DNA from: Guillardia theta CCMP2712
Taxonomy: Eukaryota; Protista; Cryptophyta
Reading direction: 5' to 3'
DNA length: 64,000 nucleotides
Assembly: GCF_000315625.1 (NCBI RefSeq)
Contig: NW_005434640.1
Location: forward strand, 132,270-196,269
This document shows, one piece after another, positions 50,756-61,000 of this stretch. The notes under the pieces were generated by a model. That model worked only from the letters and a program-made list of their open reading frames with translations, did not search any database and was not told where the DNA came from. The stretch's first letter is position 1; every line of letters starts with the position of its first letter. Position numbers and translations under genes: made by a program.

Positions 50756-53700
50756 TTAAGCAGCTTGCTTCTGCTTCACTGCTTGCGCGCAGCGAGGACA
50801 GATGTTTTCAAGTCCCTCGTGTGTCCCGACCGTGTCCGAGTAGAACCAGCACCTGATGATGTACAAAGTGAGAACAGAGCAAGAAAGCGTACAGAGAGGG
50901 AAGGAGTGAGGAAGTGGGGGGCATGATAGAGGAGGAGGATGAAAACGTCATCGGATAAGTCAGGGGTGGTTAGAGAAGGGACGAGGAGAGCGGGGGATGG
51001 TGAGGAGGAGGAGGAGGAGGGAGGAGGAGCTGTCACCTCTCGCACTTCTTGCCCTGCGCCCTTGCAACTCCAACGAAGCAGCCGCTGGCGGAGTCGGAGA
51101 TGGAGAGCGTGTGCTTCTCGTTGCAGAGGGAGGTCACGTCTTCCGGGGTGTCCACGATCTTGACGTCGGAGACGAGGAAGAGGAAGCGAAGGTCGTCGAC
51201 CTTGTTGAACCCTGGCGAGGTCTCGCTGGTGAGCATGGAGACCTCGTGGAGGAGCGAGGTCACCAACTGCTTCTTTTCCTCATCGGCCACGTAGATGGCA
51301 ACCGAGCCTTCGAGCGTCGCTCCGATGAGCTTGTCGGCCCTAGCAGCCTCCATACACTGGTTCACGTCATCCCGCAAAGATCGGATGTAGTCCCAGCGCT
51401 CTCCCTCGTGGCTCGGGTAATCCAGCTGCTTCCAGCCATGCTCGAAGACCGACGAGACGTGCTCCCAGGGCAGGTTCTGCCAGGCGTCCTCCGCCATGTG
51501 GGGCAGCATGGGAGAGATGGCTGTAGTCAGCATCTCCAGCGCAGCATGAAGGACCGTCTGGCAGCTTCGTCGACGAACGTCGTCCTCAGCGGAGATGTAG
51601 AGCCTGTCCTTTGCGATGTCGAGATAGAAGTTGCTGAGCTCGGTGATGCACACCTGGAGGATAGCCTGGTACGCGCGGTAGAACTGGAACGTGTCGTACG
51701 CGTCCCTCACCTCCTCCTGTACCCTTGCAAGCCTGCCGAGCATCCACTTGTCGACGGAGGGAAGGTCTTCGTACTTGACCGAGTGCTTCTTGGGATCGAA
51801 ACCGTGCAGGTTGCCGAGCAGGTAGCGGAGGGTGTTCCTGATCTTGCGGTAGGAGTCGGAAATCTGCTTCATGATGTTCCCTCCCACTCGCACGTCTCCA
51901 GTGTAGTCAACCGACGCCACCCACAGCCTCAGCGTGTCCGCCCCGAAGGCTGGCTCCGTCTTCTGATTCTTGCCTCCGTTGATCACCAGGGCAGGGTCGA
52001 CCACGTTCCCGAGCGATTTTGACATCTTGAAGCCCTTCTCATCCAGGACGAAGCCGTGCGTCAACACGGTCTTGTAGGGGGCCGTGCCCTGCGCCGCCAC
52101 TGAGGTCAGGAGGGAAGACTGGAACCATCCTCTGTGCTGGTCCGATCCTTCCAGGTACATGTCAGCTGGGAAGTCGAGCGCCTTGCCTTCTCCCCAGCTC
52201 TTGACCACCCCGTTCCAGGAGCTGCCGGAGTCAAACCAGACGTCCATCGTGTCCCTGCCCCTCTCCCACTTGTCCGCCTCCTGCTTGTGGGAGGGAGGAA
52301 GCAGCTCAGCGACATCCTTCTCCCACCAGGCGTCAGAGCCGTGCTCGGCGATGATGTCCCGGATGTGGTCGATACTCTCGGCCGTCAGGAGAGGCTCTCC
52401 AGTCTCCTTGTGGTAGAAGACGGGGATGGGAACACCCCAGCTCCTCTGGCGGGAGATGCACCAGTCCGAGCGGCCCTCCACCATGGCGGAGATGCGGTTC
52501 TTGCCGACTTCCGGGATCCACTTCACGGTGTCAATGGCGCCCATGGCCTTCTCGCGGAAGTTCTCGACAGAGGCGAACCACTGGGGAAGGAGGATCAAGA
52601 TGTCAACGAGCGCAAGGAGGAACAGAGGCGGAGAGGCAGTGATGGAGAAAAAGAGTTGAGGAGGGGAGAGGAGGAGGGAAGAGGAAGGAGGAGGGGAACA
52701 TGAAGGAAGAAGAGGGGAGTGGGGAGAAGAAGGAGGAAGAGAAAAAGTAAGAGGAGGAGGAAGGGCAGGAGGAGAGAGAGAGAAGGGAGGAGGGCAGGGA
52801 AAAGAGTGTGATAGACAAGGTCCTCTACCTGATCAGTAGCACGAAAGATGGTAGGCTTCTTCGTGCGCCAGTCATAGGGATACTTGTGTCTACAATCTCT
52901 CTCAATGATGTGAAACACGTAAGCAGCAAACCCTCACCCGTACTCCTCTTCCTTGATCAGTGCTCCTGCTTCCTCCATGAGCTCAAGGACCTGCAGCACT
53001 TACATCAGAGGGTCTTCTCTACCTCGAACTCTGATCATCATCATCCGCAGCAACACCACACCATCATCACTATCACCACCGCCACCGCCACCGCCACCAT
53101 CACAACCACCATCACAACAACCATCTCCATCTCCATCTCCATCTCCATCTCCATCATCATTGCCACCGCCACCACCCTTTTCCACCCTCACTCAAGTCTC
53201 TCCTGCACTCACCCGTTCGTTTCCATCCTTCAACACATCCTTCCCCTCGAGGAGAGGACCAGCCTGTCGCAGCCACTCAGCCTCGACCCTCCTCTCATCA
53301 CCCCAGCACCTCGGCAGTGAACCTCCCAGCATCGTCGACGGGGCTCAGGAGCTCCAGACCGTACTTGAGGCCGGTCTGATAATCTTCCACACCGTGTCCT
53401 GGAGCCGTGTGCACAAGACCAGTACCGCTCTCAGTCGTGATGTAGTCACCACCAATCACAACCTGTAGCACAGTCAACAGCCTTCCTTATCATCCTTCCT
53501 CTCTCCCCTCTTTCTCTCCTTTTCTCTCCAAATCTCTCCTCTCCTTCCTTTCCCTCCACTCCCTCCCTCCACTCCCTCCCTCCCTCCCCTGTAACTCTTG
53601 CATACCGGGTTGATCCTCTCCTTGTACAGAGGATGCTGATACTTGGTTCCCGCAAGCTCCTTGCCGGTAATGACAGCGATCTCCTTCAGCTCAACCTCGT

Positions 53701-54990
53701 CCTCCTCTCCCTTCTTCAGCTTGGCAGCCAAGGCTCCCTTGAGGTCCTTAGCCACGACGTACTTCACCCCATGGTGCTCAACGATGGAGTACTCCAGCTT
53801 CTCGTTCACAGCCACCGCCAAGTTCGCTGGGATGGTCCATGGCGTCGTCGTCCAGATCGCGACCTTGAGGTTCTCACTGTGAGGCTTCACAGCCTCCGAC
53901 GGCTCGACCACAGTGAAGGCAGCATACATGCTCCTTGACTTGTGTCCCTCGGGGTACTCCAGCTCGGCCTCAGCCAGAGCTGTCCTGCTGCTGGGGGACC
54001 AGTTCACGGGCTTGCGTCCACGGTAGATGTGGCCACCCTTCAGCATGGCACCGAAGGTCTCGATCTGCGCAGCTTCGTACTGTTCCAACAGAAAACGTGT
54101 TACCATCTGCAGACAAGTAGAGGGAAGATAGAAAACAGTACCTTGGGGTCGAGGGTGAGGTAAGGCTCACTCCAATCAGCCCACACTCCATACCTCTTGA
54201 AGCTCTCCCTCTGCTGATCGACCGTCTGCTTGGCGAACTCAGCTGCCTTCTTCCTGAGCGAGATCGGGGTCATATTCTCCTTCTCCTCTTTCTTGAGGGA
54301 CTGGAGGACTTTGAGCTCGATGGGAAGACCGTGGCAATCCCAGCCGGGCACGAACTTGACTTTGTGTCCGGAGATGACCTTGTATCTGTTGATGAAGTCC
54401 TTGAGAATCTTGTTGAGGGCATGCCCGATGTGAAGGTTCCCGTTCGCATATGGGGGTCCGTCATGCAGAACAAACTTTGTGCCAGGATTGGACTCGTACA
54501 ACTTCTCGTAGATGCGATTCTCCTCCCAGAACTTCTGGATCTCTGGCTCCCTGACGACTGAGTTGGCTCTCTGCTGGAAGTTGGTCACCGGGAGATTCAC
54601 AGTGCTGCTGTAAATCCCCTCCTCTTCGTCGTTCCCTCCCTTCTTCTTGGAACCCTTGGGCGAGGTGGCGGTCATGCTGAGCGGGGCACATCGGGGGACT
54701 CGCCCAGCAACGTTGTTCTTCCTCATCAGGGACAAGCGCAAGGGGAACCGAGAGCCTCCCACCAGGCTCGGAGGAAGGAAGGCGGCAGGGGCATGCGTCT
54801 TAGCACCGGCAGCAACCGCAGCCAGCGAGAAAGAAACAGCCGCAGCAGCCCATCGAACGGCTGGAGGGAGAGCACCCGAGGACGCCCCAGCGCTGGAGGA
54901 AGAAGTTTGTGGGGAGGAGCGGGAGGAAGAGGAGGATCTCATCCTTGTGCTCGCCATAGCTTGCAGCCGAGGCCGGCAGAGGAGGCGCAT
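50756..54990 (-). CDS. ileS: Isoleucyl-tRNA synthetase, bacterial/organellar type, multi-exon
   Basis: [69 protein letters not shown]-terminal zinc finger CERCW..CPRC. Confidence 0.97.
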
Positions 54991-55119
54991 GCCGGCCGCC
55001 GATCGCCTTTAGGAGGATGGGTGAAACCGCAGAAGCTGGCAGACCAATTAGCCCTCATCCCCCCACATACTGGGAAAATTTTATTCGGTGATGGCGGCGA
55101 CAGCGGTGATGGCGGGTGC

Positions 55120-57021
55120 ATGACAGGGACTGGGAAGATGGAGAAGGCAGACATAGGGGAGGTCAGAGCAGACGTGAAGGAGGTGGTGGAGGAGGGTGCG
55201 GTAAGGTCTGTGGTCGTAACATTCTCCCTGCCTGAAAGAATCCAGAGCGCTTCTCAGATCGAGTTTGCACTGAAGCAGGGAGGGAAGACAGGAACAGGGA
55301 AGGGCTTCATGGCGATCTTGAAGAGTTTGGAGGGAGAGGCACACGATGAACAGGGATCTGTCTTGTCTCAGATTGGACTTCCTTACAATTTGGACGAAGA
55401 AAGGGCTCAGGCTCGATTCCGTAGGAGGAAAGGACAGCTGTGTGTTGAGATCCCCATTGCGATCGAAGCACTTGAAGATGGCTTGAAGCAACTTTCTGTG
55501 AACCCATCAGACGCAGCACACACTGATGAAGAGCGATCTATCAATACCCTGAAAAAACACCGTCATAAAGACTCGGGCGGAATTGAGAAGTCCACTTTGA
55601 TCCTCACCGAGGAAAACTTCTCCGTCATGAGCGATGAATCACGCGGGCGCCATGTCATCGCGTCGAAGCGCATGGGAGAGGGAGAGCTTGTGTGGTTTGA
55701 AGAGCCTTGTGCGATTGTCAAGCCGGGTATGGAAATCGAGGGGCTGCCGAACCAGAGCGACGAATGGCTGCTCACTTACCTGCTGCTCCAACATGGCTCA
55801 GACGAAGCATGGAGTGCGTCGTACGTGACAGACGCGCGATCAGCAGAGATTGAGTCCAATGAAAACGTTGCCTGGATTGCGAAAGAGTTCGGCTGCTCCC
55901 AGAAGACGGTCCTTTCAGTCTTCCGGGCCGTTGCCAACAACGCGTTCTCGCTGGACACAGCCCTTCTGCGAGTGAAGTACGGCGCTGCCTTCTATCGTGC
56001 TGCCTCCTACTTCAACCACTCGTGCTTTCCAAACTGTTTCTCACGCAGGATGGGAGGGAACATGGCGATGTTCACCAACAGACCCTGCAAGCAAGGGGAA
56101 GAGCTCACCCATAGCTACCTCCCCGTCGAGCTGCTGGCAGCTCCCATCGAGGTGAGGGCAGCCAACCTGCATTTCGTCTGCGAATGCGAGCGATGCCGGG
56201 CCGAGCGGAGGGAACTGCAGTCGAGCCCACTGCGAGCTCTCGGGTTCACAAAGGAGTTCTCCAGCTCAGAGCTGGGAAGGTGCGTCGCCGACTTCAAGGT
56301 CACGTGTGTAGCGAGCCACAGCAAGGTAGCGCTGCCAGACGAATGCGAGCTCATCGTGTCTCAGGGGAACGCCTGCATCGACGCATGCTTCTCCTTCCTA
56401 CGGGCTCATCCCGTTGCAGCGCTGGAAGTAGTGATTCCCTACCTTCAGGCCCTGTGGGGGGGGCTGGTCGCTGGGTCGGCCACTTTGACTGCGGCGTTCG
56501 CTTCGGGGGAAGCTTCGAAAGAGAAGGCGCGTCTTAGGCGGGGAGCGAGGGCTGCTGCATCCTTGTTTCAACACGCCGCAAGGACTCTGCGCGAGGAGTA
56601 CGGGGAGGTTGTGCCGGGCCCAGTGGCAAAGATGCTTCAAGCTGAGAGCAGTGTGATGCTGTTCCTGCTGGATGGAAGTGGTTCGGAGAACACTGCTAGG
56701 GATGTTGTGGAGGGTCTGAGGGGTATTCATGACATGCACGGGAACAGTCTACTGGTGCTCAACGAAGACCTGTCTTGTGTGGACTTGTTCGAAGACCTGA
56801 CCTGTCCCTCCCTCCGTCAGTGTTGCAGTGAATTTCTTCATCTCCGCCAGCTCTCTCGGGAGGAGGTGATAGGAAGAATGAAAACGTCCTTCAAGAGGCG
56901 ATGCTTGCTCTGCAGGTCAAAGGTCGATGGGATCGAGCCATCATCTGAGTGTACAGTCTGTAAAATCGTATATTGCAGCTCCCGATGTAGAAAGCAAGTT
57001 TGCGGCGATCACCAGTCTTAA
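55120..57021 (+). CDS. SET-domain (SMYD-like) lysine methyltransferase with an N-terminal PIH1/CS-like domain and a C-terminal MYND-like finger, intronless
   Basis: RGRHVIASK..GELVWFEEP, NNAF, YFNHSCFPNC, GEELTHSY, FVCECERC; LPYNLDEERAQARFRRRKGQLCVEIPI (CS); CLLC..CTVCKIVYCSSRC. Confidence 0.85.
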   Translation: MTGTGKMEKADIGEVRADVKEVVEEGAVRSVVVTFSLPERIQSASQIEFALKQGGKTGTGKGFMAILKSLEGEAHDEQGSVLSQIGLPYNLDEERAQARFRRRKGQLCVEIPIAIEALEDGLKQLSVNPSDAAHTDEERSINTLKKHRHKDSGGIEKSTLILTEENFSVMSDESRGRHVIASKRMGEGELVWFEEPCAIVKPGMEIEGLPNQSDEWLLTYLLLQHGSDEAWSASYVTDARSAEIESNENVAWIAKEFGCSQKTVLSVFRAVANNAFSLDTALLRVKYGAAFYRAASYFNHSCFPNCFSRRMGGNMAMFTNRPCKQGEELTHSYLPVELLAAPIEVRAANLHFVCECERCRAERRELQSSPLRALGFTKEFSSSELGRCVADFKVTCVASHSKVALPDECELIVSQGNACIDACFSFLRAHPVAALEVVIPYLQALWGGLVAGSATLTAAFASGEASKEKARLRRGARAAASLFQHAARTLREEYGEVVPGPVAKMLQAESSVMLFLLDGSGSENTARDVVEGLRGIHDMHGNSLLVLNEDLSCVDLFEDLTCPSLRQCCSEFLHLRQLSREEVIGRMKTSFKRRCLLCRSKVDGIEPSSECTVCKIVYCSSRCRKQVCGDHQS

Positions 57022-57079
57022 GTAGGTCTTTCCGAAGTTCAAGTATAAAGTCAGGCTACTGATCGCTGTTTTAAGACGG

Positions 57080-57800
57080 TGAGAGTCACCGCGGCCGCCC
57101 GGAGTCGGATTTCAGTGCTCACTACGCGGTACGGTCCGATTGCAACCGTACGGTCACAGTGGCAACTTGAATGGGCTGGGCACTGTAGGCTGAGGTGAGC
57201 CTAACGGCCAGGGCCCGCCCGGGGTGCCGCAGTGCGGTGCGGCAGCACATGGATCAAGTCTCGGCGGATCATCGGATCTGACCCCCTGCCGCAGTGCAGT
57301 CAGAAAACAAGACAGCGTTTGGCGGAAATCAGTGGGGTCCAAACTGCGGCCCGGGCCCATCATCACTGTTAGGAGAACTTCCTACAAGTATCTCTCAATC
57401 CAGTGTTGACACACTGGAACCGTTGACGAAGTGATCCGTGAAGAAACCAAAGAACAAGCGCGCACAACAATGCACAATCCCAACGGCACTCTATTCCAAA
57501 CCGACGGCAAGTTGGAGACAAAGAAAAGTAAGTTCTCTAACTAGTTTCCTAACTGGCAGAAACGAGACTGCCTAGGACACCCGGTAGTACTTGAGAAAGA
57601 CGAAATTGACTTGAAAGTCAATTAGACTCAGCAGGCCCTGAGGCCCCTGCACTGGCAAGTCCCAGGCCATCGAAGCGGCTGGACTCGAATCAAGTTGGTA
57701 TTTATGCCAAATCACCAAGGCGGCCTGGCCGGGCAGTCCCCGGCCGGGCCGCGGGCATCCCGGCGATCACGAGCCTCGGAGGGCCCGGCCACGGCGGCAA
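57080..57800. repeat. GC-rich palindromic intergenic island(s) (copy 5, bipartite)
   Basis: gtacggtccga, ccgtacggtcac, gccgcagtgcgg, gcggcccgggccc, ccggccgggccgcgg; near-palindrome attgacttgaaagtcaat. Confidence 0.6.
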
Positions 57801-58098
57801 GGTGCATGCGAGTCAATCAGAAGGTATTTAGACGAGCTGTCCTGCTACAAATACTATTTAGAGAAGCTGAGCGAGCTCGGCTAGAGGTAAAACCGATAGA
57901 AACTTGAGATGTGCGCCATGTTTGCCCGCAGCGATGCGAGTCCAGGGGGGGAGCGACGATAAGCATGCTTGCGGCTCCCTTCATGCACTCAGAAATGATG
58001 CGAGTTGAGCAGTGGGCTTGCCCGCTGAAGCATGGAGGAGAAGCTTGGAATGTAGAGCTGCAAACAGCGATGCTTCTGTGAGCTGCTAGGGGAGTGGA

Positions 58099-61000
58099 AT
58101 GAGGAAGGGAGCGCTTACCGCCTTGATGGCTGTGATGACCCTTGTGTCATTGATGGAGGTTCAAGGCAAGGCAGCTTCTGACTTTGCTCCGGATCAATCT
58201 GTTGTGTGGGTTGGCTTCACCCTTGTCATCAAAGGAGAAAACCTGTCTTCATCTGATCTTGTGATGGTCTCAAACAACTCTTTGAGATCCAACAACTCTT
58301 GCTCCGATGCTCCTCTTCCTCAGGAAATAAGAGGAGGATCTCAGAGGTACCTTGGGCAAGTGTCAAGCGATGGGAAAAATGCCACTGCGACCTTTACCTT
58401 GCAGGAGCAGTCAGGTTGTTCGGCTCTATCGTGCCACTCCTCTCTCTGATTGTATTCAGCAGAGTTTGCACAAGTCTGCATCAAACTTTATCCCTCATCG
58501 TCATGGTCCCTCGTCTCCACAAAATCTTTCAAGATCATCGGGCCAAATGTTTCATCTGTCTCCCTTGCCTCGTATCCCGCGGCAGCGGATCCTACAGTGG
58601 TGTACGGTTATAGTTTGCTGACTTTGAGCTTGAAAGGCATCGGCATGATTATGCAGAGTACAAGGTGATGACGAGGAATGTCTCTGAGCCGAATGACCAA
58701 CATGCCTCAGACTTGCTTTCAAACTTCAAGTGGGAGATTGCGCAGAGAATCCTTTCTCGTCTGCTAGTAACATATTTGGTGGAGACGCAAGAGGGTTGTC
58801 ATGGGCAAGCTCAGATGCTGGATCGGTGACTTGTCTTGGGATGGTTCTACTAGTTCTCTGATTCCTCTGCAGGGCCTCGTGAGTTTTCTTCCTCAGAACG
58901 CGATCAAAAGCCAGGGCTCTCTCACTCTCTGCATGTCCAGCAATGAAGGAGCCTTTAAGAATGTGATTCTTTTTTCATTGCTTCAAAGTCCTCACCCTTT
59001 GATTCCTCATCGCAGGTTTTGGTCTTTTCTTCTATTCGCTGGTTTTCTCGTCAAACCACAAACTTTTTCCCAGTGCAAGATATCCTGCCTGCTCTCTCAA
59101 CCACCATCACCATCTCTGGAGAGAATTTCGATACATCTGGTGCTATACCGTTGTACATTAAGCTCAGTGATAGTTGTAACACCTCTGGTGACTCTTCTTT
59201 GATTCCTGGCGGCGACGCCAAACCTGCACAAGTCTTGAGCTCGACCTCTGCAACTTTTACTTTCGCAGCAGGACCTCTGCTGGGTCATATCAGTTCTATC
59301 TCGATCGTTGAGGCAGGTCAGGGATACGTACCGGGGAAGCTCTTTGCAGCTGCTTCCTCCTCCCGCGCGGTGATCGGGTCGTTCCTGGTAGGAAGAGCTG
59401 GTGACTTGGCGTACACGTTCTTCCGGGAGGACGCGGCTTTCTTTGCTGAGGAGCCTGACATATTCCCGATCTTCGCTGGGTCAGTTCGCTGCGGCAATGT
59501 GACAAGTGACCTGTGCAACATGACCGGGTCGATCCCTAGCATTGCACTTGGATATGGTATCACCCAAGGCTGCGCCCAGGGAGCGGTTATCTCAGCCGTG
59601 TCCAGTGACGGGGGGTACGGATTTCAAGCAGTCATCTCAAGTGTGGACAACAACGGCAGGATTCTAGCGACGACCGTCACCAATTATGGGGCCAACTACA
59701 AATCCACCCCGCAGCTGATCGTAGAGCAGCTGTCGTGCTACTGCGGGACTTACATCATCACAGACGCCAACGGGAACTACATCGTTCAAGGTCTGCAGCA
59801 AGGATCTGTCCCTGGCTCCATGGACAACTGCATGACAGCCAACGTGGCCGGGGGGGCTGTGCTTGCCTCTCGAGGACAATGGAGCGAAAGCTCGATACGG
59901 GTGTGCTCCCGCTTCGGCAACGGCAGCGAGTGGGAGCAGGTCGGGGATCAGACTATGACCTTGAAGAGCGTCACGGCAGTCTCGTTGAACCCTTTGAAGG
60001 TCACAGCAGGGTTGAGCCATTCCATCACTCTGACGGGCACTGGCTTCATGTCGTCAGGCCCTTGGCAGACAAGAGTGAAGGCAGCGACAGATTGCTCGGC
60101 AAACTCCGAGAGTGACCTGCTTGGAAGCGTCTTGGGAGGGGAGGGAGTGCCCTGCGCTCAGATCGTTCAAATAGGGGCCCTGATGGAATGTGTCGTGAAC
60201 TTCAAACTCCGGACCTCATCCAAGAATGTTTCCATATGCACTAGAGTTGGGGGCAACAGCTACCAGAGGTTTACCTCTGCCTTGCTGGAGATTGTCAGTT
60301 TTCAGATCCAATCTGTAACTCCCTCCTTGTTTCCATCAAATTCTTTGCAGACCTTGACTGTCAGTGGTCAAAACTTCTTTCCTGTTGCAGCAGATAATTT
60401 CTTCATCAAGATCTGCAGTCATTTCCACTGTTCAGGTGGTCAGAATTCAAACGCAGGGGAGCCATGCGCAGGGCTCCAAGACACGCGAACTTGTTTTAAC
60501 GGTGCCTCATGCACCATCAACGATGCTTGCGATAGTCTGACAGATACAGCGACTACTTCACAAGTGCTGGGGGGCAACCAGACGCTTCCAAGTCTTGTCA
60601 AGAGCTGTACATCGCAGGGAGGGTTCTGCAATGAGCTTGTATTCGACGTGACTGTAGCCGCCATGGTGAACGCGTCGTTAAGGTTGTGGTGGATATTTTC
60701 CAGCTCGGACTATGGGCGGATTGACGGGACTTTCATCATGGGGCCTACTGAAGTTGCTGATGTACAACTATCTTCTGCTACTCCTCTTTCTTCCCAGACC
60801 TTCTTCGTGGATGTCACAGGCAGCAATCTTGCAGACTCTCAGCTGGCTCCGATCAAATTCAAGTTCATCAATGATACATCTTGTACAGTCGCCGATCCCT
60901 TCTCTGATACCTTGTACATATTCCCGGGAGGCGAGGGAAGGACAACGATGGATGTTCAAGTGCTGAATAATGTCTACCAGGCTCGTGTCAACTTCACTCT

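Noticed and set aside
54793-55119. 5' extension of the 742-aa SET ORF overlapping ileS
   Set aside because: Antisense to ileS exon 1 and not protein-like; the ATG at 55120 is more plausible.
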